A stretch of 64,000 nt of DNA. It comes from a bacterium. Lineage in GTDB: Bacteria; Patescibacteriota; Minisyncoccia; JACQLN01. The position numbers and the translations under genes are program-made. Where the stretch lies: the NCBI GenBank assembly GCA_030697795.1, contig JAUYOV010000007.1, positions 9,810-73,809 on the forward strand. The letters run 5' to 3'. The number at the start of each line of letters is the position of its first letter. Within the stretch, counting starts at the first letter, position 1. Below are positions 9,532 to 19,036 of this stretch, piece after piece. The notes below the pieces were generated by a model. It saw only the letters and a program-made list of their open reading frames with translations, was not told the origin of the DNA and searched no databases.

Positions 9532-10041
9532 CTATCCCCGAAGGGTTACCCTTCGGGGATTTAGTTCGGCCATTTTATTAGGAATATCATGCCAATGGCT
9601 AATAGCTAAAAGGGTGCCGTCAATTCTTTTTAGTTCTGGGTTATCTTGGCGATACTTACCTGCTACAGCATTTTGATTTGACTCGTTAAAAATTATTCGA
9701 TGAGCATCTCTAATATAGCTAATTTCTAAGGGTAACTTCTTTCGTATCAATCTTTTAATTCTCTTATGTAACGAAGAAGAGGCCTTCCAATAGCCTCTTT
9801 CCTCAAGAACATCGAGATCTTTTTTGCTTAGCGGAACTGTCATTTAGTTATTAGATGATATAACTTTCCGCGCTTCATCCTTTGAAAGTTTATTGCCTTC
9901 TAGTTTGTTTGAATAGTAAGTAGCCTCAAATCGTTGTTCCGATTCTACAGTCTGTTCCTCCACCGCAGATAATGGCGGCAACTTGTTGATTTTCTGGTCT
10001 AAACTGACTAGATTTTTTAGTTTCTTATTCAAATTTCTCAT
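9532..10041 (-). pseudogene. Fic/Doc-family gene remnant with an in-frame TAA; truncated before the HPFx(D/E)GNGR motif
   Basis: ORFs 9844-10041 and 9532-9843 are contiguous in one frame. 'YYSNKLEGNKLSKDEARKVI' matches the Fic N-terminal motif and 'AVAGKYRQDNPELKRIDG' the Fic core. The reading frame ends at the palindromic element. Confidence 0.5.
9536..9563. repeat. palindromic element CCCCGAAGGGTTACCCTTCGGGG+ATTTA (copy 2)
   Basis: Identical core to 1410-1440. Lies between the Fic remnant and the NYN gene start. Confidence 0.8.
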
Positions 10042-10166
10042 GACCGTACATTCTATAAAATAAACAAAAACATGTCAATACAAAGTTAGCTAGATCTTAT
10101 ATACCCAAATTATAGCAAAGTTTTACTATACCCTTGTCCACACGTACAAAACCTGCAGTTGGCCAA

Positions 10167-10211
10167 CATTCTGCAGAATGTAAGGATGTTATTTCATGTT
10201 AAACACCGAAG
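10167..10211. repeat. 45-bp direct repeat copy A (contains palindrome ACATTCTGCAGAATGT; overlaps the 3' end of the P-loop gene)
   Basis: 41 of 45 positions are identical to 13134-13178. Confidence 0.75.
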
Positions 10212-10770
10212 ATTGTACATCAAAAATCCATATCGCATCTGCCCTTAAAAAGGGTTTCTGCCTATGAGTATATTCATAAATTTCTTTTGTGCCTCCCCCC
10301 ATCCGATACTTTGGGTCAATGATTTTTACAATACTTTCTTGTTGCTTAATTATTTCTTCTAATGATCCGCAATTAAAATAATTCCCATATTCACCTGTCC
10401 AATCATCAAGCCACATACTACGACAGGCATAGATGAGATAGTCTTGATTTATATCAACTTTCTCTAAGATATCAAGAAGCATTATACCCTCAATAATTAA
10501 CGGCTCTGATTGCTTTGCAAAAGTCGATAAATCCTGACATAAAGATCTGTAGTTAATATAATCTATATATTCACCCTTATCTTTTTCTAGGTAATTATCA
10601 ACACTAACTATAATTCCACCAAATCGATCACGAATACACTGGGCTATTTTAGTGCTTTTTCCAACACCTGTTTCACCATCTACTCCAACAATATGCGGTG
10701 ACTTATTTTTTAATTCCCATAGTAATTCTTCTTGATTATTGTTTCGAACAATAATTTTTTTCTCAAACAT
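10189..10770 (-). CDS. P-loop NTPase / nucleoside-kinase-like protein
   Basis: Walker A 'GVDGETGVGKST'. Family is uncertain. Confidence 0.55.
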   Translation of the reverse strand: MFEKKIIVRNNNQEELLWELKNKSPHIVGVDGETGVGKSTKIAQCIRDRFGGIIVSVDNYLEKDKGEYIDYINYRSLCQDLSTFAKQSEPLIIEGIMLLDILEKVDINQDYLIYACRSMWLDDWTGEYGNYFNCGSLEEIIKQQESIVKIIDPKYRMGGGTKEIYEYTHRQKPFLRADAIWIFDVQSSVFNMK

Positions 10771-10784
10771 TAGTAATAAAACAC

Positions 10785-12200
10785 TTATTGAATAACTGTT
10801 ATCGCCACTGTATTAGTTCTCCCTTCTCCGCTACTTGCATTTATACAGGTAAGTGAGTAAGAGAATTCACCCGCAGTTTCAAGAAGTATATTTTGCGAAC
10901 CGCCAATATATTTACTTCCACTCCATGAATTTGATGCTGTACAATTATTAGCACCACCCGTATTTGAAGTTTCCCATCTCAATTTTACTGTTTCTCCAAC
11001 CTTCCCAGAAAAAGTTTCCGCAGGAATATCATTAAAATAGAAAATGATGTGTGGTTTTGGATCTCTAACAGAGATTAAAACATTTTTAGCAACACTTTCC
11101 CCCGCATTTCCAATGCAAGTAAGTACATAAGTGTAACGCCCTACTTGCGAAAAAGCGACTACTTCTTCTCCTACAATTGGTTTTTCACCAATCCATGCTC
11201 CAGACGCAGTGCAGGAAGTAGTATAAGCTGATTTCCAATAAAGCTTCCCAACAGTTCCTAACGATACTCCAGTTACAGACTCAGGATTAAAACTCTGTCT
11301 CGGAGCAAAATCGAGCGTTGGGGATTGTGGGGGTGGTATTTTCGTCTTGAAATCGTCTGTGTAGCTGACAAGGCCACTATTACCAATTGCCGTAATTTGG
11401 AAAGAATAATCTGTTATAGGCACAAGCTGACTTATATTTGAAAAGTGGTTAGTAGAATATCCTGTTTCCGAAATGAACAGCTTTGATGTTAGCCCACCGC
11501 CAGAAAGATATAATTTACTTTCGGTAGGTCGATTTGTTACCCACTCAATCTTTGCAGATGTCATATCTGGCACAACATTAACCGATGAAATTTTTAATGT
11601 TTCCATTAAAGTTGTTTGGGATGATATATTGCTTTGGGGTGTTGGTTGGAATATAGTAGTCGGCGTCTGGGTTGGTACAGTAACTGTTTGCGCTGGAGGG
11701 ATTGGAGTTTTCTTCAGTAATAAATCAAGCTGTTTTTGCAAAGCAGCTACTTGTTCCATTACCGAACTCAATACATTCAATTTGTTGTTTTCGGTTTTTG
11801 TTGGTGCAGTTGAGACAGAAACAGGTGCGACACTCTCAGTGTTCGCTTGTTGATCTGAATCTTTAAGTTCTAAAGCAAATAATTGGTTTAGTTTCTCTCT
11901 AGTTTTGGCACCTACATAGCCAGAAACTGGTCTTATATTTTCCTGTGTTTGCAATTTCTTTACCGCTTTAAGTGTAAGCGAGAAAAAGTTACCAGTGATT
12001 GGACCAGAATATAATCCTCTATCGGCTAAAAATTCTTGAAGTTTTATAACATCAGAATCGCCCTGTAAACCGAAACGAAGATCTCGCTCAAAAGTTTGAG
12101 CCAAAGCAAACAATGGCGCTAGTAAAATTAAAGCAAAAATAAGATACCTTTTCATGGTTTTAGGATATACCCGCAAGGTATCAAAGTAAAGCCAGATCAT
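10785..12200 (-). CDS. secreted protein with N-terminal peptidoglycan-binding (PG_binding_1-like) domain, coiled coil and Ig-like repeats
   Basis: Signal peptide. 'LRFGLQGDSDVIKLQEFLADRGLYSGPITGNF' PG-binding motif. Repeated Thr/Ser-rich beta-rich modules. Confidence 0.65.
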   Translation of the reverse strand: MIWLYFDTLRVYPKTMKRYLIFALILLAPLFALAQTFERDLRFGLQGDSDVIKLQEFLADRGLYSGPITGNFFSLTLKAVKKLQTQENIRPVSGYVGAKTREKLNQLFALELKDSDQQANTESVAPVSVSTAPTKTENNKLNVLSSVMEQVAALQKQLDLLLKKTPIPPAQTVTVPTQTPTTIFQPTPQSNISSQTTLMETLKISSVNVVPDMTSAKIEWVTNRPTESKLYLSGGGLTSKLFISETGYSTNHFSNISQLVPITDYSFQITAIGNSGLVSYTDDFKTKIPPPQSPTLDFAPRQSFNPESVTGVSLGTVGKLYWKSAYTTSCTASGAWIGEKPIVGEEVVAFSQVGRYTYVLTCIGNAGESVAKNVLISVRDPKPHIIFYFNDIPAETFSGKVGETVKLRWETSNTGGANNCTASNSWSGSKYIGGSQNILLETAGEFSYSLTCINASSGEGRTNTVAITVIQ

Positions 12201-12347
12201 AACACCCCCTTACCCGACCCACCAAGCTTAGGTATATGGTGACCATTAGACGGTTTGTTGACACAAAATCTGTTTCTTAATATACTGTAGTCATTAGGGC
12301 TTAGGCCTCCGAGAAACCCCGCCAATAGGCGGGGTTTTGAGTTTCTT

Positions 12348-12758
12348 TTATAATCTTGATTTTTGAAGATTTGAGTTTAGTATCAGAGAGTTAATTATTA
12401 TAGATTCTAGTTCAGGTGCGATTTTATTAACCTCACTCTTTTTTAATTCAAGTATTGATTTTCTTTTTTTGGGTTTAAAATTTTTGGTAATAGCTTTAAA
12501 ATCCCTGTGATGAGTAACAAAATTACTCATAAAATACTCTATAAAAATACCTTCAACTTCGTTCTTTTTATTCAAATAAAAAGCGAACTCATCGTTAAAG
12601 TATTTTTTATGAGAATTTTTAGACAAATCAGGAACTCTCATCGCGAAAGAGTCATTTTCTGCATCGTAATTTGAGATCCATTTTTGATCCCTTACAGTAT
12701 CAGAAAGATTATGGACAAAATTGAGTATATTCTTTTTTTCCTCTAAAGTTGTGGGCAT
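12348..12758 (-). CDS. DUF2283-like protein (putative antitoxin)
   Basis: 'YDAENDSFAMRV...EVEGIFIE' resembles DUF2283. Abuts the upstream small gene. Confidence 0.4.
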   Translation of the reverse strand: MPTTLEEKKNILNFVHNLSDTVRDQKWISNYDAENDSFAMRVPDLSKNSHKKYFNDEFAFYLNKKNEVEGIFIEYFMSNFVTHHRDFKAITKNFKPKKRKSILELKKSEVNKIAPELESIIINSLILNSNLQKSRL

Positions 12759-12759
12759 T

Positions 12760-13092
12760 TTATAATATTTTCTTTAAATCTGAATATCTACTCTCCTTAA
12801 TATCGCTAATCTCATAAGCGGTTACGACACTACATGGACTGTGTCTGATCCAAACAACAACTTTAGCATAGCTAGAACTTGAATATTTCCTATAATAGCA
12901 CCTTTTGTTTTTCTTGTCTTGGTAATCCTGCCAAACTTCCTCTGGATCTTCTATGGTCCTTTTTAAACAATTTATGAAAGCTTTTTTGTGTAATTCGGGA
13001 TGATCGGACTGTTTTTCCTGCCATTTTTTCTTAGTAAAAACAACCGTCTTACCTCTATAATCAACTACGCTAAATATATTCTTTTCTGGCAT
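12760..13092 (-). CDS. DUF4258-like protein (putative toxin)
   Basis: 'VVFTKKKW...HPEL' resembles the 'VIFTKHAL' scaffold of the two other DUF4258-like genes. Confidence 0.35.
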   Translation of the reverse strand: MPEKNIFSVVDYRGKTVVFTKKKWQEKQSDHPELHKKAFINCLKRTIEDPEEVWQDYQDKKNKRCYYRKYSSSSYAKVVVWIRHSPCSVVTAYEISDIKESRYSDLKKIL

Positions 13093-13123
13093 CAGAATAC
13101 TATTATATTTTGATAGATTCTAC

Positions 13124-13178
13124 AACATTCTCACATTCTGCAGAATGTGAGAATGTTATTTTATGTTAAACACCGAGG
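13124..13178. repeat. 34-bp perfect palindrome (13124-13157) plus 45-bp direct-repeat copy B (13134-13178) with an orphan copy of the P-loop gene 3' end (...SVFNIK*)
   Basis: AACATTCTCACATTCTG|CAGAATGTGAGAATGTT is a perfect palindrome. The repeat matches 10167-10211 at 41/45. Confidence 0.75.
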
Positions 13179-13288
13179 GTTTGACACTTAATTTTATAAC
13201 GGCTCAACGGCAAAACCCGTTGAGCCGTTACCCATTGCTAGTAAAAACTGCCCATACTAACACTTGCTAGCACACACCAACTTTGGAT

Positions 13289-13963
13289 CTAATGTAAAAT
13301 TCCAACTTGTTTCTTATTTCGAAGCAAAATAAAGGCAAAACCCAGCCCTACCACGATAAGCATTACCAACAAGCTCCCGTACAAAAATCTGTCCAACGCA
13401 TACCAAAGAGTTTTTTCGTAGAAGAAATATCTTATCGCAACTTTTAGTCCATGAATGATTAAACTATACAAGACCCCCAGAAAAAACATATTTTTATAAC
13501 CAAAATTTGAAATCTTACTTAGCTTATAGGCGGAAGCCAAAACCATCGCTTCCCATAGCCACTGGCTTATTCTAAGTTGTAGCGAGTTGCCTTCTAGGGT
13601 TACTCCAACTAAATATTGCCAAAGGACCGCGGCGATGGCTATCGCAATAAAATACCAAATTGATTTTATGTATTCCCCCAGGGTTTTGCCAAAAACTTTG
13701 ATCTTAAATATCGCCAAGATAAAAAAACTCAAAACTATCGCTAAAAAGATTGGAATAAATACAAAATCATTTCGTATGTCCCAGGATGGGTTGGAAGGTA
13801 AGATAACTAAATTGCTTGTGCCTGGTTCGTAAACACTGGATTGCATGAAAGGTCTTTCAAAAAGCGATTGGCCTGTTTTGGGACAATCTATTTTTTGTTC
13901 TCCAACATAACACCCACCCTTTTTTATCTCGATTTTTCCGGAATAATAAGCAATTGTTTTCAT
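13289..13963 (-). CDS. hypothetical multi-pass membrane protein
   Basis: Several hydrophobic helices; no family recognised. Confidence 0.45.
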   Translation of the reverse strand: MKTIAYYSGKIEIKKGGCYVGEQKIDCPKTGQSLFERPFMQSSVYEPGTSNLVILPSNPSWDIRNDFVFIPIFLAIVLSFFILAIFKIKVFGKTLGEYIKSIWYFIAIAIAAVLWQYLVGVTLEGNSLQLRISQWLWEAMVLASAYKLSKISNFGYKNMFFLGVLYSLIIHGLKVAIRYFFYEKTLWYALDRFLYGSLLVMLIVVGLGFAFILLRNKKQVGILH

Positions 13964-14083
13964 TTATAAAACCCGCTCAAACGGGGCAGGATTTGGGTTT
14001 TGACTAAAATAATTCCTAAAACAGTAAGAATGATTATAAAGATAATATCAATAACTAGCTTTTTATTTTTCATTATTTTGGAT

Positions 14084-14737
14084 TTATTGAGATACGATTA
14101 CCGATTGGATAACATCCCCTTGAGTTATTTTTCTGACAACCGCCATACTGGCGTTATCTACTATTTTACCAAAAACAGTGTGCTTACCGTTTAAGTGAGT
14201 TTGAGCTTTGTATGTAACGATAAAAAACTGGCTACCGTTGGTGTTGGGGCCAGAGTTGGCCATAGCGATAGAGCCTACGTCAACTGGTAAAGACTTGAGA
14301 TTATAATTGTATTTATATCCAGCCGACTCTAGTTGACGAATCGTAGCATCACTAACTCCAATTGATTTGGGGTTAATTTCATCTTCAAATTGATAACCCG
14401 GCCCACCAGAACCTACTCGGGGATCATTCGACTTGGAAAGTGGATCCCCGCCTTGAACCATAAAATCAGAAATAACGCGATGAAACTTTGTGCCATTATA
14501 AAATTCATCTTTAGATAGCTTAACAAAATTAGCTACAGTTTTTGGCGCAACAGTAGAATCTAATTCTAGTTTTATATTACCTTTTGATGTAACAAAAACA
14601 ACATTTATTTTTTCTGAATTTTGTTCCATTGGTTTTGTTTCTATGTTTTTAACTTCTTCGCTTTTTTTGGTAAATATTAATTTATATCCCCCAAAAAGCA
14701 CAGCCATGCCTATTAAAACTATTGTGAATATTTTCAT
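14084..14737 (-). CDS. cyclophilin-type peptidyl-prolyl cis-trans isomerase with N-terminal anchor
   Basis: 'FHRVISDFMVQGGDP', 'MANSGPNTNGSQFFI' and 'TVFGKIV' cyclophilin motifs. Confidence 0.85.
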   Translation of the reverse strand: MKIFTIVLIGMAVLFGGYKLIFTKKSEEVKNIETKPMEQNSEKINVVFVTSKGNIKLELDSTVAPKTVANFVKLSKDEFYNGTKFHRVISDFMVQGGDPLSKSNDPRVGSGGPGYQFEDEINPKSIGVSDATIRQLESAGYKYNYNLKSLPVDVGSIAMANSGPNTNGSQFFIVTYKAQTHLNGKHTVFGKIVDNASMAVVRKITQGDVIQSVIVSQ

Positions 14738-14763
14738 TTTTATTTAATAATAATTTCGCTAGA

Positions 14764-15144
14764 TCACACCAAATTTTTAAGTTCTTCTAAAATATCCTGC
14801 GGAATGGGAATTTGATCTCTAATTGGGCTAACTCCTGGATAACGCCAAGCTGTAATAATATGCTTTCTTTTACCCTGTAATTGATACATCGCCCATAGTT
14901 CTTCTCCTTTAGATGGCTTGCCCCGTGAGCTCGCAGAGCTTTTACGGGGAATCATACACGCCACTGTATTTTCGGCCACACCATTCTCTACCCTTTTGGG
15001 CATCCGAATAATCCGCTTGATAATACTTTCCGACAACCTATAATATTGCATCTTGCCCACTACATGGCGAGTCCAAGAATATTTTTTATCGTCTTGGGGA
15101 TTTTTCCAACCTCCAAAGCTAGTTTTAGGAAACTTGTTCAACAT
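14764..15144 (-). CDS. hypothetical protein
   Basis: ORF only; overlaps the downstream permease start by 20 bp. Confidence 0.35.
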   Translation of the reverse strand: MLNKFPKTSFGGWKNPQDDKKYSWTRHVVGKMQYYRLSESIIKRIIRMPKRVENGVAENTVACMIPRKSSASSRGKPSKGEELWAMYQLQGKRKHIITAWRYPGVSPIRDQIPIPQDILEELKNLV

Positions 15145-16165
15145 CGCTCTTAAATTCTTTTTTATATATATCTAAAAGCGAAAACATTAAAGAAAGCAAT
15201 AATGGGCCTAATAAAAAACCAATAGCGCCAAAAAATTCTAAGCCGCCTAAAACGGAAATCAAAATAAAAAATGGATGAATATTAATGCCTCGCTCAAAAA
15301 GCTTGGGCCGTAAAAGATTATCTATGCCACCCACAATAACTAAACCCCACAACAACAAACCGAAAGCCGCGCCAGCCGACCCCATACTAAATAAATAAAC
15401 TACGGCAGGAATTAAAACCAAAGCCGTACCCACCATAGGAATAAGGGCCGAGATTATGGCGATAGCTCCCCAAATGGCCGGGTTGGGTATTCCAAAAAAC
15501 AAAAAACCTAAACCAGAAAGAACGCCCTGCAACAAAGCCACCAAGAGCGAACCTTTGACCACCGAGCTTACAGTTTGAGCCAGTTTATTAAAAATTTCAT
15601 CATCGTATTCATCGTTAAGTGGGCTTAAGCTTGTAATAACTTTTTTAAATTTACCGCCATCTTTAAATAAATAATAAAGAGCCATTAAAGATAAAAACAA
15701 AGAAAAAACAGCGCCCGAAATACCAGAAAAAACTCCAGCTAAATTACGTACAAAAAAATCCATTATTTTCTCAAAAGCCAATTTTACGTTAAAAGAAACA
15801 TCGGGCGAAATAAGCTGGAGCTTAGAATTAATAATTCGATTTAAATTATTAACATAAGCTTCACCACTGCCATCTTTAAAAATTAAATAAACAACGCTAG
15901 ATTCTTTAACCACTAATGTGCCCAAAAAAGCTATGGGTATAATTATAATTAAAAGCACTAAAAAAACTGTAACCAGAGAAGCCAAAGATTCTCTGTTATT
16001 TAAAAGGTTATTTATTTTTCTATAAACAGGGCTAAATATCGTGGCCAATGTTAAAGCAATAACCACCGCACCGACATAAGGAAGGAGTATGGCCAAATTA
16101 AGGCCCAGCACCGCTAAAAAAATAGCGACAAAGAAGTAAATTTGAGTTTGTTTATCATTTGACAT
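15125..16165 (-). CDS. AI-2E (UPF0118/PerM-like) family transporter
   Basis: 346 aa with about 8 TM segments, typical size and topology. The assignment is tentative. Confidence 0.5.
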   Translation of the reverse strand: MSNDKQTQIYFFVAIFLAVLGLNLAILLPYVGAVVIALTLATIFSPVYRKINNLLNNRESLASLVTVFLVLLIIIIPIAFLGTLVVKESSVVYLIFKDGSGEAYVNNLNRIINSKLQLISPDVSFNVKLAFEKIMDFFVRNLAGVFSGISGAVFSLFLSLMALYYLFKDGGKFKKVITSLSPLNDEYDDEIFNKLAQTVSSVVKGSLLVALLQGVLSGLGFLFFGIPNPAIWGAIAIISALIPMVGTALVLIPAVVYLFSMGSAGAAFGLLLWGLVIVGGIDNLLRPKLFERGINIHPFFILISVLGGLEFFGAIGFLLGPLLLSLMFSLLDIYKKEFKSDVEQVS

Positions 16166-16260
16166 ATGTAATTTGTAATTATATGCCTATTATATAGCAG
16201 TAATTGCTAACTTAATAGCCTACTGATTGAACACCGAGTGTTTAATCACTTTATATCACA

Positions 16261-16518
16261 TTACCTATACACATCATGATCGCCTACATCCAAAAAGACC
16301 GCTTTATGAGCGGCAACCAGCTTAAAAACAATCCTGTATTTTGCGTCTATTGAAAACGAATAAAATTCTTTTAATCGGCCGTGTAACTTGTGAGTTTTTA
16401 ACAACGGAAAGAAAGGATTTTGACGAAATAAAACTTCCTTTTGTTCGGCCTTCTTTTGAACACGCCAGACCAACTTGCGATAGGCTCTTTTAAAATTAGA
16501 GGAGTATTCAATCTCCAT
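16261..16518 (-). CDS. RelE/YafQ-family toxin
   Basis: C-terminal 'HKLHGRLKEFYSFSIDAKYRIVFK...DVGDHDVY' motif. Confidence 0.65.
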   Translation of the reverse strand: MEIEYSSNFKRAYRKLVWRVQKKAEQKEVLFRQNPFFPLLKTHKLHGRLKEFYSFSIDAKYRIVFKLVAAHKAVFLDVGDHDVYR

Positions 16519-16708
16519 GTCTTAAACCACGCAGAGATTTTAATATTTTTGTTTGACCCTGTTTGTATTCGCGCATACCAGCCCGAAGAATCTTTAAAGC
16601 ATCGTTCTCGTTAAAAATAGAATATTTAAAATCAGACCTCTCAATAAGCCGACGAGGAATTTTTAGCACCACATAATCTTTTTTTGTTTCCAGAACCGAT
16701 ATATTCAT
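16508..16708 (-). CDS. putative antitoxin of the RelE pair
   Basis: 66-aa ORF overlapping the toxin start by 11 bp. Confidence 0.45.
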   Translation of the reverse strand: MNISVLETKKDYVVLKIPRRLIERSDFKYSIFNENDALKILRAGMREYKQGQTKILKSLRGLRHGD

Positions 16709-16819
16709 ATTTTTATGATAGCTTTATTGTTAGGTAGCGTCAATTCTTTGTTTATCAAAACACAAATGGACAAACAAATAAAAACGTGATAATATTGCTC
16801 TTCACATCTTAAAGTCAAA

Positions 16820-18643
16820 ATGCTAGATAACTCCAAAATAAGGAACATCGCCATAATCGCACACATCGACCACGGCAAAACCACCTTGGTTGATTTTTTG
16901 CTTAAACAAGCTCATACCTTTAGAGATAATGCCGAAGAAATGAGCCAAGATTTAATAATGGATTCGGGCGAACTGGAACGCGAAAGAGGTATTACCATTA
17001 TGGCTAAAAACGCCGCCATAATTTATAAAGACTACAAAATAAATATAATAGACACGCCAGGACACGCCGACTTTGGCGGCGAAGTAGAACGCACCTTAAA
17101 TATGGCCGATGGCTGTCTTTTGTTGGTGGATGCTCAAGAAGGCCCCATGCCTCAAACCCGCGTGGTTTTGCAAAAAGCTTTACAACTAGATTTAAAACCA
17201 ATAGTGGTTATAAACAAAATAGATAAAGCCAATCGCCGAATTGCCGAAGTATTAGAAGAAATAAATTCTTTATTTTTAGAACTGGCTCACCACGAAAACC
17301 AATTAGAATTTCCGGTTATATACGCCGTTGGTCGCAACGGCCAAGCTTTTGAGCATATGCCCGAAAACCCAGATACCGAAAACAACGCAACATTGGAACC
17401 TCTTTTCGAAAAAATAATTTCGTATATACCCGCGCCCAAAGGCAAAAAAGAAGAGCCTTTCCAAATGCTAGTAACATCTTTGGATTCCGACAGTTACAAA
17501 GGTGCTTACGCTATAGGCCGCGTCACACGCGGCACAATTAAAGCCAAAACATCGGTTGTTATTATTGATTCTAAAAAAGAAAATTCTAGAGGCCGTATAG
17601 AAAATATTTTTGCGTGGAAGGGTCTAAAGAAAGAAGAAATTGAAGAAGCAGTTGCTGGCGATATTGTGGCTATAACAGGGCTTGCTGGTATTGGAATCAA
17701 CTCCACAATTTGCGATCCGGCCAAACCAGAGGCATTGCCTCAAATAGCCATAGAAGAACCTACGCTTAAAATTTTAGTTGGTCCCAATACTTCCCCTTTT
17801 GTAGGCCAAGATGGAAACTTATTAACCGGCCGCCAAATCCAAGAAAGATTAGAAAAAGAGTTAGAAACAAACGTAAGTATGAAAATGGAAGTTAGCGGTG
17901 GAAAGTTTTTGCTGTCCGGCCGAGGCGAATTACATCTTTCTATTCTTTTAGAAACATTACGCCGAGAAGGTTTTGAAATGGAAGTTTCTAAGCCACAAGT
18001 TATTACTAAAACAGAAAATGGTTCTGTTATGGAACCGTGGGAAGAAGTTTTAATAGATACGCCCGAAAAAAACCGTGGTGTTATTTTAGCCGAACTCGCC
18101 AAAAGAAAAGCCGAATTAGCCGACACCTTCCCCCATGCCAGCGACGTTAGGTTTGTTTACAATATGCCGACACGAGCCTTGCTTGGTTTGCGTAGCTCGC
18201 TGATAACTTTAACTCGAGGATTATTTGTTTTAAATTCTCGTTTTATAGATTTTAAAAAGCAAGGCGAAGCTCCAGCCAAAATAAGGAAGGGAGTTTTAAT
18301 TGCGCACGAAGCCGGCAAAGCCGTAGCTTTTGGTTTAGAAGTTGCCCAAGGCCGAGGCCTAACTTTTATTGAACCTGGCACGCCTGTTTACGTTGGTATG
18401 ATTGTGGGTGAAAATAGTAAAGAGCACGATATAGACATTAATGTTTGCAAAGGCAAGCAATTAACCAATATGCGCTCTAAAGGTAGCGATGGCATGATTC
18501 AATTGGCTCCCGCCACAATTTTAAACTTAGAACAATCTTTAGACTTTTTAGAAGACGATGAACTTTTAGAAATCACACCCAAAAATCTGCGACTTCGCAA
18601 AAAATATTTAAGCAAAAATGAAAGGGAGAAAAATAAACAATAA
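16820..18643 (+). CDS. typA: translational GTPase TypA/BipA
   Basis: G-domain 'AIIAHIDHGKTTLVD', 'DTPGHADFGGEVER' and 'NKIDK'. Length is 607 aa. Confidence 0.9.
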   Translation: MLDNSKIRNIAIIAHIDHGKTTLVDFLLKQAHTFRDNAEEMSQDLIMDSGELERERGITIMAKNAAIIYKDYKINIIDTPGHADFGGEVERTLNMADGCLLLVDAQEGPMPQTRVVLQKALQLDLKPIVVINKIDKANRRIAEVLEEINSLFLELAHHENQLEFPVIYAVGRNGQAFEHMPENPDTENNATLEPLFEKIISYIPAPKGKKEEPFQMLVTSLDSDSYKGAYAIGRVTRGTIKAKTSVVIIDSKKENSRGRIENIFAWKGLKKEEIEEAVAGDIVAITGLAGIGINSTICDPAKPEALPQIAIEEPTLKILVGPNTSPFVGQDGNLLTGRQIQERLEKELETNVSMKMEVSGGKFLLSGRGELHLSILLETLRREGFEMEVSKPQVITKTENGSVMEPWEEVLIDTPEKNRGVILAELAKRKAELADTFPHASDVRFVYNMPTRALLGLRSSLITLTRGLFVLNSRFIDFKKQGEAPAKIRKGVLIAHEAGKAVAFGLEVAQGRGLTFIEPGTPVYVGMIVGENSKEHDIDINVCKGKQLTNMRSKGSDGMIQLAPATILNLEQSLDFLEDDELLEITPKNLRLRKKYLSKNEREKNKQ

Positions 18644-18688
18644 AAAAACATCCCGATTTATATCGGGATGTTTTTTTGCTAAAACGAA

Positions 18689-19036
18689 TTAGTATTCGTC
18701 TCTGCGACCGCCACCGAAACCGCCTCGGCCGCCGCCGCTATTACCGCCGCGGCTAAATCCGCCACCGGTTCTGCGAGGAGGCCTATCACCCATAGGGCGG
18801 GCTTCGTTTACAGTCAGTTTACGGCCTTCGAAATCTTTACCGTTCCACATTTCAATGGCTTTCTCGGCGTCTTCGTCGTTAACCATTTCCACGAAACCAA
18901 AGCCTCGTGAGCGGCCAGTCATCTTGTCGGTTATTATGGTAGCCGACTCAACTTCGCCAGCCTGTGAAAAAGCATCTTTCAAACCGTCTTGAGTGGTGCT
19001 GTAAGGCAAACCACCAATATATAATTTCTTTGACAT
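18689..19036 (-). CDS. glycine-rich RNA-binding protein (RRM domain)
   Basis: RNP-2 'LYIGGL' and RNP-1 'RGFGFVEM', with an RGG/GGF tail. GC-rich relative to flanks; structured 5' leader. Confidence 0.85.
   Translation of the reverse strand: MSKKLYIGGLPYSTTQDGLKDAFSQAGEVESATIITDKMTGRSRGFGFVEMVNDEDAEKAIEMWNGKDFEGRKLTVNEARPMGDRPPRRTGGGFSRGGNSGGGRGGFGGGRRDEY

Noticed and set aside
730-10041. Alternative genetic code (TAG or TAA reassignment) as the explanation for in-frame stops in the NYN and Fic genes
   Set aside because: Long conserved genes (secA 904 aa, argS, typA, hppA, rny) are uninterrupted under the standard bacterial code, and both TAA and TAG terminate ordinary genes here. The two cases are better explained as pseudogenes or sequencing errors.
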